Origin: Klebsormidium nitens
Lineage: Eukaryota > Plantae > Klebsormidiophyceae
NCBI GenBank assembly: GCA_000708835.1
Contig: DF236974.1
Coordinates: 112,626-176,625 of the forward strand
Length of the DNA: 64,000 nt
Reading direction: 5' to 3'
The notes beneath the pieces are model-generated. The model was not told where the DNA came from and did not search any database. It saw only the letters and a program-made list of their open reading frames with translations. Of the stretch, positions 48,524 through 61,380 are shown piece after piece (within the stretch, counting starts at the first letter, position 1; each line of letters opens with the position of its first letter). Both the position numbers and the translations under genes were made by a program.

Positions 48524-51063
48524 TTAAGAATTCTTCTGAACAACCGGGTACTCCGGAACGTCGTCGTCCAAGTGCGTCGAGCCTAGCGACTTGGCTGCAG
48601 CATCGGCACTGGGGGAATGCCTACTCTCCACCGCAGCGTCGCTCAAGAGCACAGCAGCGGGGGCAGCCTGCTGCCGGGGCGTGGGATGAAAACCAGGCGC
48701 CTCATCGCCCTTCGCGCCCCCTCCTTCCTTTGCCCGGTAGGCGGCAATCTTCTCCGAGGTCTTTGACGACACCTTGCTCGCGGCCTCCCCGACCTTCTTC
48801 ATGGAGCTCTGGAACCAGCCCACCCCCCCCGCGACGGTCTTGTTCTTCATCATGGCCTTCCCAGCATCGTTAATCTTGGCCTCGACGGTACCGATCGCGC
48901 TCTTTGTCGTTTCTGAGATCTGCGCGTTGAAAAGCGGGGGCGCTGAGGTACATATGATGGATGTCCAGGAGGACAACACAAACGAGGGCACAACACAAAC
49001 GAGGGCACAAACAACCGCAGGAACAGCGTCCACCTTCAAGCAGGACAAAGAGTGCAGAACCTCGTGATAGGTGAAGCTGCACTGTGACAGAACCTCTGAA
49101 AAAGTGGCTCCCCACCTTGTACTTCTCGTCAAAGCTTTTGAGGGACTTGTTTACAGTCGTTGAGGCTGCCGTGGTCTTGTCGGAGATGCCTAGCTTTGTG
49201 TCCACGGCAGTTGCCTTCGCCTTGACGGTGCTTGAGCCCTGCGAGGAAGTCACTGATGAGGTTGGTGACACTACAATGATCTGACAGATTGATCCTACAT
49301 CTGTGGCAAAAGGACTGGTCCTCTTATGATTCGTTAGGCCGATCTGCTTGCGACCGGCGCTAAAGCAACGTAACTTGTCTGAAGCTGTTCTTCATATAGG
49401 GACTAGAATAAGATCAAAAACCCCAGGTTGTGCAAAGGTCAGTTTCATCTGAGCGCATCGTTTAACCACCTGTGTGGTCAGACGGGCCTATGAGAAAAGT
49501 TGCATCAACGAACTCAATCAAGTGGATAACGTCGTCGTAATACAGCGATTTGGGGGAGATGGTTTTGATCGAGTGTCTGCATAGTAAAGCACGTGCTCCT
49601 TTACAACCGCTGAAGTAGCAGATGGACGAGCAATGTCCACCAACCTGGTACTTCTCATCCACCGCCCTCGCTTTGTTCATTGTATCCGCTGCCAGTATGT
49701 ATCCACGGGCAAGCATTGTCGAGATGATGCCTTGCGACTTGTCATCTTCTCGCACCGCCTGCAAATGGCAACCTCAATAATTAGGGGCAGGCAAAGACCA
49801 ACAGTGGGTGAAAACCTCGTTCATGTGTACTATCAGACAAGTAGCACTAGCAGTCAAATCTGCCAAAACCTTGACAGATCTCAATTGCATGGTTCATCTT
49901 TCAAGCATTGTATGCTGATTAGAAAGGCCACTGCCAACAGGCACAGCTTTCCAAGGAAAGTATTGATATGCCTTCTACAATTCCTGAAGTACCATCGCAG
50001 CTTGAAGCGGAGGTGCTCACCGCTTCAGATTGAGGTTTGGTCCCAGCTTCGTGGCTGTCCGGTGTAGCAGCGGCCGGCGCTTTCCCCACAGGATAATCCG
50101 CAGGCAGGTCGACCGCCTCTATGTCGACCGGCTTGTCAACAATCACAGCACCCGTGAGCAAAAGGGCTGTCTCTACCGACTTCGCATCTTTGAAGATGAC
50201 AAGCGCCTGTTGAGTGTCCTCCGTGTCCCTGTTGCATAGGCAAGGCACATGTAAGAATTCAGTGCATTTTATTGCAGTTAGGCAGCCCTTGTAGGTGCTC
50301 TAGAAAGAGGGTGCTCTATTGGGGTTTTGACAGAACTTGCACAGATGCACACTGGTTTTCCTCTCCTTAACGATCTTTCGTCATTGTGTTCAATCACTGG
50401 GAGACAAAGTTGCTGACTTGAGGCCAACTTAAGTCAGCCAAATTGTAAGCAGGAAAAGACGCTAAGTTGGCACTTACTTGGAAAGTCTGACGCTCTCTAT
50501 GTCGCCAGAGAAACTGAAGAATTCTGCAATCAAGCTTTCCGTAGCTTGAAGAGAGACGGAGGTCACCTTGACACAACCCTGCAAATGCAAGGAAATTGCT
50601 CCGAAATCAATGCTAAGAGGGCCTATTATTTCTTCATGATGATGTTTGTTCAAAAGGGTCGATTTGTCAGCTTGTCTGCTTTGTATTCTAACACCCAAGG
50701 AAAGTTGAAGCCACATTCAGAGGAATAGCTGTTGTAGGAGGTGCTGTCAAACCACATTGCCTTCCTACACAAGAATCATATGACACTTCCAAGATTCATG
50801 GATTTCTGGGTTGCTTGAGCGAGTCTTCAAGTGACATCGAAGGGACCGAGGTCGTTTTCAATTGGGAAAAACCCTGCGTTCGACGCATTATGCTTGAGAT
50901 GAATAAGGCGACATACTCAATGATTTTGCCAATGACAACTTGCATGATAGCTTACTATGATTGTAGAGTATACTGTATGTACATCCCAAGGTCCCGGAAG
51001 AGGGAATGTTTACCTCAAGGGCCAGGCGAGCAGCAAGACGGAACTACTTACCGGGCCCGGCAT
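48524..51063 (-). CDS. RRM protein, BPA1 (binding partner of ACD11)-like, ~317 aa, 6 exons
   Basis: Exons 51063-51052 (MPGP), 50578-50478, 50228-50021, 49758-49645, 49238-49116, 48919-48524. Motifs VKVTSVSLQATE..EFFSFSGDIE, ETALLLTGAVIVD, STMLARGYIL, DEKYQ/DEKYK, ISETTKSAI..KN are characteristic of BPA1/BPL proteins. Confidence 0.85.
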
Positions 51064-51928
51064 TGTTCCCCTCTGCGATGCTTGTCGTCGAGCGCGATTG
51101 GGGCTTCCTTTGAGGTACACAGCACCACTGATCAAGAAGCGGTGCGAGGCCGCTTCTTAGGGGGCAGAATTCAATCGCACGCAGCCCCAGTTGGATCAAG
51201 TGCACGAAAGTCCTTGGAAGCCTACTCTACAGATGATTCAAGGTACAGTACCTTCTAGCTAGCAATCTGTATTAACTGTAATTCCAATGAATAGAAGCAG
51301 CGCTTTTGCAGCCTGAACGTTTGGAGAACGTCAACAAACGTCAATGATCAAAGCTACAATTAGCATGTACGCAGGTAATCAGGAGACTCTTCAACTTCAA
51401 GATGAAAGCTGCGACTTCTTCAGCAACAGGGCCCTGTGGTTTGCTTTTGACCGGACGGGTTTTCCAAAAACCCTCAACGCCAAGACTCCTACAAGGTGTG
51501 TGGGTGTTTTTGGCGGCAGTGGTTAGAAAAAGTGGTTATCTCAGGCTTCGATCAGGCGTGTGCAACTTCAAATCTCGCTTTGGCCAGCACTGGTGGCAGT
51601 GGTACAGCAGAAGGAGCAAGCATTTCAGCAGCAAAGAGGTTTTCGTTTGAGGATGGAGATACAGGGAATCACTTATATTCTTACAGTAGGTAGTTGCTTT
51701 TGAATGAGAGTGGGAAGGGTGCTGCAAAAGCACAGGAGGCACAGGTCCTGGCTTTGGACCCTGGATGCAGCGCCGATGGTATTTGTCAGCTGAGAGGAAG
51801 TAGCAAAGAAGTGCCCGCTTTCAAGCTTTCCATCAGTGGTGCCACGGTGTTTCTAACAGAATCCTGCAATCAATAGTCTGTGCAGAGTACTTTCTCTGAT
51901 GGTACTCTGATGACAGTCTTTGGAGCCA

Positions 51929-54900
51929 ATGGCTACCACCACTGCCTCGCCCGCATCTAGAAGCTTGCAGCGCTTGTTTTGCAAAAGCTCTCCTTCCCAA
52001 GCACCCTCCAAGTTGCTGTTGCAGACGACTCCACTCAAGTCCAATTTATTCCTAGATCTGTTGTCACCAAGAAGCCTGCTCCCAAGAGGTGGGCTGAAGT
52101 GGTTGCACAGTTCAAAACTGCTAAGAAACAGGAGTAGACAGTTCAGCACCCAGGACATATGCTTTTCGGGATATCAAAGAGCATTTCAGCAATTAAGATG
52201 CACTCGGCCCACAGTGCGAACAGCGGCCTTCAGTGCCGATAGAAGCAATCCCCTCCCCGATGCTGGCGCTTACAGGAAGTCAACTGCTCAGAGACCCTCA
52301 GAAGAAGACTCCTTGAAAAGGGAGATTGACGGTGAACGCACAGGGGCTGAATGGAGGAGGGATTCAGTGGAACGGTCTGCAGGGCCAGTGCTGCCAGACA
52401 CCAGGGAGTTTCTCTCATTTGAGAGGAATGTGAAGGTGGCTATTGATCCTGAGGTGAGCTCGTACCTCCTCTTCCCCCATTTTCGCAAGACGAGATCCTG
52501 GCTGCCTTTTCAAGAGAGTCTCCAGCCTACTCGAAGGACCATCCAAGGATCTTGAATCCTGGAGAGCCATCCAGTAGACCTGGACAAGATGATCTACAAT
52601 CTCCCAGGCATGACAGCAAGGAGGTTGTTATGATGATAACTCATTTGCCTCCTCTTCACCAAGTCCAGCCTGTGCTTCTGAACCAAGCGTTGACTGAAGT
52701 CTTTCTCGCTTATGTTTCACAGTCCATCCAACAAGCTGTGCGGATACGACCAGAGGACCGGCTCAGAAAACAGAAGCAGAAGGCGGCTCAGCCACCCTGG
52801 GTAGCGGCTGCCTGGGTACTTGCGGGGTTGGCCTTATGCGCGTTCTCCTGGCGCGTTGCCAAACTGGGTGGTGGTGAGTGCATTTACACAGACTCCAAGT
52901 ACGCACCATGTCAGTCGCTTTTGACCGTTTGAAACTTCTTTCCTGCAGACTTGGGAGACATGCTTCCAAGCAGACAGAAGCTTTTCCTGATTGCCTCCTG
53001 TTGCATAAGTTCTGAGAAGCGGAATCGTGTGTAGAGTCACGTTCTCTCACTGCTGTCTGGAGTCTACAAAGACACTTTGTCTCTATGTATGTCATCGGAG
53101 TTGAGAGAATCAATGTAACTATGCTTTGCAGGTGATATACATGAGCCACCTATTGCCACTGTTGAGTTAGACTCCCGGCCGCAGAAGGGGCTCTGGGCAG
53201 AGCAGTTGAAAAAGGCGCAGGCAGAGGATGGCTTCCGGGAGCAGGTGCAGCAAGCGCGCTCTTTCTTTTCTTTCTTTGTCATCGAAGGCGCACTCCATGC
53301 CTGCCTGTAATGTTCGGTGTTGTGATTCGAATCAATGCTAAGGCTTGCGTGGGCAAATACATTGTAAGACTACGATACTTAAAGAGAATCGATAGCGGCT
53401 GATGAAAGTCCTTTACACAGGCCTCCAAATTTTCAACTGTTGAGGACGATTGACGATGGAAAATAAAGGGTAAATGCCCATTCTTTGAGGCTCCCCTTTT
53501 GTCGCAATACGAGGCCCCCCGACTCTCATCCTAGGTCCCAGGCGTCACTTGCTCTTAAAAGACCCCTTCGAGCCAAGTTTCCATGTTGGTTTTGGGGCCA
53601 CCGATCAGAGTCGTGTTGAAGCGTTTGCCTTCATTCTGCAGCTCCTCGGTCACTTTCGGACGGAGGAAGCGCCAAAGGACGACCTTGTGAAGCTGCTCCG
53701 AGATGGCACGTAAGTAGGATGGTCCTTGAATATTATTTGAGCTTTCACTCTTCCTGATGATCTACAAGTATCCGGTAGACCCTTGCATCTACTGTGGTTT
53801 GATCGCGCTACCTGTAAAGTAGTAATGAATCAGGGACCAGCTGCAAATCTCCCTTCGAAGTAGATCTAGAAGGAAAGGAGACGAGCCCCACGGAATCGTC
53901 TCAAGTTTGTACCCACCATTCGAGTGTTGATGACAAACAAGGTTTCGTTAAGTCCCCTGAGCGTCCTTCGAAGTGCGTCTCTCAGCGTCATCTTTTTTGT
54001 CTTTCGATCGCATTCCTGAAGTGACTCGATCGACAAAAATAGACTGGCTGACCTTGTGAAGCCTCAATCCAAGCTTTCGTACAGCTCTCGATCTTCGTTG
54101 CCTCCCTACTTTCGTACACCCTTACGCTCTGGGATGCCTCCCTGCCACTCCCGAGTCTCAAGAAAGGAAAGACCCGTCATGCGTCAACTTTCCCTGGCTT
54201 TATCCCCGGATGTTAGAAGTCCGTAATCTGATTTCGCCCTGCTTGCTTCATCAAACACAGCCGCACAGCCCGACGTTGAAGTCTGCGTGACGCTTGCTCT
54301 GTGCATACTCCGATCCTGTCCGAACGGGGCGTTAGCCCGCCAAAGCCAAACGTGAACTGTTGCAGCTCAAAACAAGGACAACAAAAGTAGAGAGACGGGA
54401 TAAGGTGGCGGGTAGAATTGGACCACAATGAGAGGATGATCTAAAACGAAGGGAAGAGAAGTACGGAATAGGCGTGAATAGGACATAAAGTCACGCTGGA
54501 AAACCTCTCGCCGCAGGGTGAAGCTCCGGTCGGCGGCCGCCTACTCCTTCTTCGCGATGCAGCAGGCCGCCTGGAAAGAGGGGGTCCAGCTGCTGCCCAT
54601 CTCGGGGTGAGCTGCGCACCATATTTCAATGTCGCCTTGCAGTCTCATGCGGGGGTGGCGAAACGCGTCTGCACTTGGCATGGTCGAAGTCCGTTCATCA
54701 GAGGTCATTTGTGCTCTTGTCTCGTGTCGGACATCCTCGACTGCGCTCTACCTCGTTCTCTCTTGTCTTCACATTCTCACACTGATTCGAATACACGCTG
54801 CCCCCAAAATATCCCAATATGGCACTTCTGACGGTTCAAGTCCTGTCAATCAGACAATGGGATCGACTGAATTGGGTTGCCGGTACAAGAAGAAGTGGCG

Positions 54901-56532
54901 CTCAGGAGATCGTAGTCGAGGGCTTTCTGAAAGTGGTAGGGATGAATAAATCTGGGGTTCGTATATCTGGAAACGGACGGGCTTTTATCCTTTGAGAGAC
55001 TATTGTTGGCGCAAGCCGCGACTGCCGACGAACTGGTGTTGCAGCCGTCCGTCTCTCCGACCCACTCTTGCTCCTCCTTGACGGTGCTGAATGGCCGTTG
55101 AAAGTGATATTTCCGGGTTGCAGTCTGGCCAGGATGGCTTTAGTATCACGAATTTGCTTCGCTCCTCCTCCCAGGTTCCGGTCGATTGAGGATCAAAAAG
55201 ACGTCTTTTTCGGGATCAAGGCGGAACGGAACCAGTCCGCGAAAGAAAGGGCCAAGGTGGGGGATGATTTTTGAGATCCACTTTTGCACTTTCAAAACGA
55301 CTTCGAACGGGCGCCTTACCGGGGTCCGCGTGTCGTTATTGCTGCGAAAGCTGCCGTGCTTCCTTTGGGCTTCTGCAACCGTTTCTAAAGCTGCTGATTG
55401 ATGCACCACTGAGCTGCGACTCCCTTTCCATTGTTCGATATTCGAGTTGATGCGCCTATGTTATAATAGCCAATTCGAAGCCGTTGGCTCGTACGGAAGG
55501 TTCATGCGATGGCCGCCGAAGTGTGCGACTTGCTTGATGGCCGGTTCCTTTCACGAACAATCCCACAAAGATTCTGGAGCTCAGCGGAGGCTTTGACAAA
55601 TGTCCGAGTACGACATCTAGAAGCAACCACTGACAATGAAATTGGTGAAATTCTGTCCAGGTGTCCGCACCGCCCGGGTATAGTGAACACCACACCGGTT
55701 ACGCCCTGGACATCGGGGATGCAAAAGCGGCCAACACAGACCTCGAGTTTAGTGAGTTGTTGCCCCTTTTCGTTTGCTTTTCCGTGTCCTCACCGTTCCG
55801 CTAGGACTCGGCCATTTGGGCTGTAAGTGAGATGGAAAGGCAATATTTGGTGCCCCGCCTCCAGGCATTGGAGCTTTCGTTTCGCTAATGGACAGTCCAG
55901 CTTGCTTCTTTTGTTCACGAGGTCAAGTAAGAATAGTGAATTAAAAAACAAACCTTAGCTTAGATTTAGGCGTTGGGTTCCTCGCCTTACTAGCCTTCGT
56001 TTGCAAGTGTTCAGGGGTTTCCGAAAAGTGGGCAATCTGTCAGGGACGTATCACTGAGAAAGACAGCGAGACTTTTGGTCCAAACGGTAGATCAGTTAAA
56101 ATGCTGCTCGACAGGCCGCACACCCTTCATGTTTTTCCGTCCTCGTCGTGCAGCGTTTGATCAGACTTCGGCCTTTGAGTGGCTTCAACGAAACGGTGCC
56201 AAGTAAGTCCACTCAACGGCCGTGCGACACTCTCATGAGCTTTCATTCAAGCACCGAAATGTGTACCTGTCCGAGCTGGCACCGTCTGAAGTTAAGTATC
56301 TCCTGCACTAGTTTGTTCTGAATGGTTGAGCAGCAAACAGAACATGGTTGCATCTTACTCTCTTCGATGCAGGTTCCACTTTGAGATGTCTTTCCCGCGC
56401 GACAACCCGTATGGTGTTGCGTACGAGCCGTGGCACTGGCGGTACGTTGGCAATGTACACAGTTTGCAGATGTTCCATGGACACGAGCGTGTAAATAGCT
56501 TCCCGGCATCAGACGCAACCGCAAGGACGTGA
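51929..56532 (+). CDS. Plastid-targeted VanY-type (peptidase M15B) D-Ala-D-Ala carboxypeptidase, ~442 aa, 9 exons
   Basis: Exons 51929-52453, 52723-52873, 53132-53244, 53642-53709, 54517-54606, 55175-55256, 55661-55751, 56154-56202, 56373-56532; phases are consistent. S/T-rich transit peptide, one hydrophobic segment (WVAAAWVLAGLALCAFSW), then LLGHF..EAP, PISGFRSIEDQ, SAPPGYSEHHTGYALD, YEPWHWRYVG. Confidence 0.9.
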
Positions 56533-57740
56533 ATCAAATTTCAGGTTCCTGAGATCAACAGTTTCGCATTCATTTGCTAACTTGTGATGCCTTTCGGCGC
56601 GAAGCATCGCCATGCACTATTTTACGCCAATCTTCCATACCGAATGACATTTTGCATTACCAAAGATTGTGTAGATCTGGATGTCTGCATGACGGTAATC
56701 AGAAGCGCATGCAACGGATCGAAGGATTGCATGTACGGTACTTCTATCTTCCAGGCACACTGGTCTGCCACATGCCCAGCATTGCACAATCAAAAGGTTG
56801 ATAGAAAATGCAGCTAGTCATTCAAGTACGTGGATTAGGGTCTGATCGCACTGCCGGCATACTTGGTGTGTACTCAATCCTGAAGGAGTTAAGTGCTTTC
56901 GTGCAATTCGCATGTAAGCATGACCTAATGCAACAGACTGCACAAGTGATCGACGGTCTGCCAATGGGTTGAAATCCGAATTGCGAAGCGGTTTGGTCAT
57001 GCATGCCTGCATATGTTGTGGCTAGATGTGAGATACGGTCGTCATCAGATTGCAGACTTGAAACATGAGAGCAACAAGAAGCTAAGCAAGCTTACATCTG
57101 GATCCTAAAGTTAGTACACATTGTAGCAAGGAGACTTACATTAAGGTTTATTTACGTACGTACCTTCTTTAAGCTTCAAAAGCATCATGGAAGCCTAGCG
57201 GCGAAACTTAGGCTCGCATGAGCCCGGCTCCTATCTACTCTGTACCTTAACCACACTTCCGACAAGTAACGAGTCTAAACTGGACACTCCTCGAGCAGAC
57301 TCTCGATGGTCGCCCTTTCGGGCCGCCCATCCACCAGCGAGCAGCCTGGCCAGCTTTTATCTAACAGCTGACCTCGGCCTCTCCCTAAATAAGGCTCCAG
57401 CCATTCTACACACCGGTATTTAACAGCGGGGCTAGGAGTTCCTAAGCATAGTGCTCGGGCTAGTCCCCTACTGGAAGCGCGCAGGATTCGTCCATCATCC
57501 TGGGCATTCGGAGGCTGCAAGAGGCCTCCCGCGGAAGACGTTACTCTCTCACCAAAAGGGGGGGCGCGAAGCCTCCCACTCTCGAGCCGCCACAGCTCCA
57601 AGATTCTATATACACGCCCGGGGAGACCTCCCCGGGCTCGGCAGGACTTCACCAAAATGCTCCCTGACCTAGACGATTTGACTGGACGCCTTAGCGGCTG
57701 ACACGTCAAAGCAGGACGTTTTGGTGTCAATCTATTAAGC

Positions 57741-60700
57741 CTACTGCTGGGCGACGGCGCACAACACCTCCGTCTCCACGCCGAACTTGGCCTTCTTGTT
57801 GGCCCTCCCGTTGATGGAGGCTGCAGAGTGGCCGGCGGCCAGGGGGTGCTTCTCAGCGATGTCGGCAGCCCGCTTGGCGTTCTTGATCTGCAGGCGACAA
57901 GATCTTCGCTGAGCAATTGAGCCGAAAAGAGACACCGAAAAAGGTAAAGGAGTCTGCCTGTTCACACGGCAGGCGACAAGATCTTCGCTAAGCGACGAGA
58001 CCAAAAGAGACACCGAAAAAGGTGAAGGAGTCTGCCTGTTCACACAATGGCCGCATGACAGTACTCTCTTCCTCCATGGACCATAAGTGAAGATTCCCTC
58101 TGTGTTTTGATCAGATCAGGAACGCGAAATGGCTCTGCACGAGTCTTTGGCTTCTTAATGGAAAGAAGCCTGTTCCAAGCTCCAGTGAGCGTCTTCCCTA
58201 CCCAGACACGAACACCTAACGAGCGAAACAGGTGACTACAACCTCCGAGGTGTCACAATCCACAAGCAAGACCAAACCTGTCATGTTTTCAAATTCCGAC
58301 TTCCTGTCAAGGTCCACCCAAGGGACCACCCAAAAGTTGGGTAAGCCTTTTTGCTGTGCTGCTTGGGCCATTTTTTCTTATATCCTCTCTTTTTTTCCGA
58401 GCGTGGCCTTTTTCTTTGAGTCCCCGGGCTGAAAAATATATTCAAGGATTACCAGCCATATTCGAATCAGGCCAAATCTGGAATAATGGGGCTTTAAATT
58501 TGGGCTCACCTGGAGGGCTGACTTGTGCTGGGTGTCCCTGACCAGGTCGCGCAGTGTCCCGAGCGCGATGTCGTACCCGCGCACCACGTTCTTGAGGGTG
58601 TGGTTGAGCACGCGCGCCACCCATATCTTGAAGAGCAGCTCCTCCCAGTCGTCATCACCCTGAACGACGCAGGAGACAAATGAGTACAATGCTATGAGAT
58701 CGGCTAGTGTGGTCTTTGAATGAGATACTAAGAGTCCTGAATGGGGGCCTAAATGATGGGAAGATTCAGGAAAGGGGGATTCGTGAGAGCCCTCACTCAA
58801 GGAATAAAGACCAGTTAAAGACCAATCGACTGGTCTTTCGCGGTCTGCTCGGGGCTCTGTGACTGGGTGCGCTTATTGGAGGCGCCAGCTGGAAGGTTCT
58901 TGTACAGAACAGCAGACCCACGAAAGGAGATTCAAAATCTAACAACTGCAAGTACAACAGAGACGCTAAAGACATCACCGCTCTCTCTTCCACACAAGCG
59001 CCAACTGGGGGAGTGCCCTTGCTTCTCAATCTTGAAAACCACCAACTGATCTCGACAGCAACAGAAGAGGATTACTGCAACATGATGCCCTTTGTCCTGG
59101 CTTTCTCAGGCAAGCGCTCAGTCTTCACTGTGTGGAACTTCTGCCCATGTCTCTGGTTGCTTATCCATCTATACCAACCTTTGTATATGAGGCGCTCCTT
59201 GCCATCAAACAGAGGGCAATCAGGAAGCGGCTAGACCAGGCAAGACTCACTCATCAAAACTTCCACACACTGAACGCATGCTCTTAGACTCAGAGATCTC
59301 AAGAACAGCAATCTTGCGCCATATCCTCATGGGGCGCCAATGTAGAACTTCGAAACAGTCTCCCCACCGCCTCTGATTAGATCCGCTCATTGTGAAAACG
59401 ATCCAGCACACAGTGCACCTTCAACAAGTTCACAGCAACCCCCCTGCCCTTGGCACTCCCCCCAGCCCCTTACCTTCTCAAAGTGCTCCAAGAAGCGTGG
59501 GTACGCCTTGACCCAGGCCTCCTCGTCTGCAAAGCTCCAGCAGGGCCACTCGCTGCTGTTCTCGAGGCCCTTGGCGAGCGCGCTGTCAAAGTGCTTGTGC
59601 AGGAGCTCCCTCTGGCGGGGGGTCCAGTTGTCGCGCAGCAGCTTGAGCGTCTTCTCGATGTCGTACCCGAGCTTCTCGCGCACCGCCTGCAGAAGATTCA
59701 GAAGGAATCCTGACTACTGGTGAAGTGCGATAGAGCCAAGAAAGGCAATCTTTGTCAACTTCCTGGAAGGAACGAGGGGTGCAGGCAACTTCGAATGACT
59801 CAGACAGAAGGGGTGGCAAAGTGTTCGAATCAAGAACGATGAAGCACAGGCAGAGCAAACAAGCAGGATTCAGGTGGATGTTTGAGCGATCCCTGACTGG
59901 TGAAATGCAAGAAACTGAATGAAAGCAGTGTTTAAGAGATTGAGCACAAGATTTGTAGACTCTCTAACAGCAGGATAAAGCATGACTCTGTAAAACCTGA
60001 CGGAACAAGCACACCCAAAAGCTGAATCCAACGATGCCATCACGGTCTTGAGCTTGTGAACGCTTGACAGAAGGAGGTCCACTAGCTGCTAAAGCTAGAT
60101 CTGGAAGCCTTAGCTGCCAACATCCTCACCACCAGGTGTCACACATATAACTACCTCAGGTTAACTGAGCAGCAAACACAACAATCACACCCTGAGCTCC
60201 TTGTACATGTTGTCCTATGTGAGGGAGCAATTCCACCGACTTGTTTTCAAAGAAAGCGATCCACTGATGGGGAGGAGATGTCCTGTGCAACAAACACCTA
60301 TTACTTGTGCATTCGATATCTTCAAATCTCACACTCTGCATACAGACCAGGGAGTAAAAGCCATGGTAGAGAGGTGCCAAAAGGCTCCAAGGAGGTGTGG
60401 AATGCAACAAGGAACAAACACCGCCAGGCTTCAAAAGGCATCTCTGTCCAGTTCCCACTACCTTCTGACCATCAAAGATGCCTCACAAAATGGCCTGGTC
60501 TTGAAAGTCAGAAAGATACTGTGGATGCACCAAATTCACTCATTGAAACAAAGTGTATGCAGACTTTGGAGTATGTTAGATGAGCACTCACTGTCGGGAC
60601 AGCCTTGGGAGGCTCCATCCTGTGCAGCCCTGCCAGGGGGTGGATCTGCTCCCTCTGCAGCGACTGCAGCGCGCTGAAGCACTCCACCAGCATGGTGCGC

Positions 60701-61380
60701 AGGTCACGCAGACCCCCATACAGAGCGTGGACCTTGCCCTCGGGGACATACACCTCCGAGACCCTGAGCCCTGCCTGGGCAGTCACAAAGGTGTACAGGG
60801 TGTCAATCCCCCAATCGCTCTGCTGCATCACCCGCTGGTCCTTAACCAGGACCTCCACTGCTCTGCGGGTGAGCATGAGCTCCCCCCCGAGGGGCTGTTC
60901 CACATGGGGGAGGTAGGTGTTAGGCCAGATGAGAGAGAAGCCGATCTTGGTGACGAGCCATGTGATCATGGCATCCGTCGACGAGCGGGGGAAGTAGTGG
61001 CGCACGAGGTCATAGTCGAGGTCGCCTGACTGCTCCGCCTTGGTGATCCAGTCCCCTGAGAAGGACACGATGTCGGCATCATAGAAGTGGAGCCGAGAGT
61101 ACTCCTTGTTCTCGGCAAAATAGAGCAGGGCCGTGTTCATGCCATCGCCCTTGCCGCCCCTGAGGCTGAGGCCGATCCGCTTCTGCAGCAGGAGGATGAC
61201 GCGCTTCCCAGTCCTCGCCTCAATGCCTGCCCTGGAGTTGGCAATGGCGTGCCATGTCTCTCCCTTACTGTACCCTACGCAGAGGACGGCATGGACGCGG
61301 GGGTGTTGGGCGGCGTATTCAACGTTCCTGACGACTATGGAGACATCTTCTTCTTTAAAAGGGAAGCACACCAGAGACAT
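57741..61380 (-). CDS. mgs: Mannosylglycerate synthase (GT78, Rhodothermus Mgs type), ~432 aa, 4 exons
   Basis: Exons 61380-60592, 59686-59474, 58659-58510, 57887-57741, all phase 0. MSLVCFPFKEE start; GKGDGMNTAL, HFYDADI, VRHYFPRSSTDAMITW, EQPLGGEL, SDWGIDTLYTFVT, LYGGLRDLRTMLVECF, DWEELLFKIW are collinear with the remembered Rhodothermus marinus Mgs. Confidence 0.93.
57891..58046. repeat. ~79-bp tandem duplication of the 3' end of MGS intron 3
   Basis: caggcgacaagatcttcgct...aaaagagacaccgaaaaaggt.aaggagtctgcctgttcacac starts at 57891 and 57970. Confidence 0.9.

Noticed and set aside
53921-54028. C/D-box snoRNA candidate in a VanY intron (TGATGA 53928, CTGA 53957 and 54016)
   Set aside because: The C box lacks the leading purine, there is no C' box, the terminal stem is offset, and only 8 nt (ATCGCATT) complement 5.8S rRNA; snoscan/Infernal would be needed.
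57275-57916. 213-aa ORF or histone-like tail at the MGS 3' end
   Set aside because: Alternative frame over the last MGS exon and 3' region; the K/A-rich text belongs to the MGS tail and has no histone fold.
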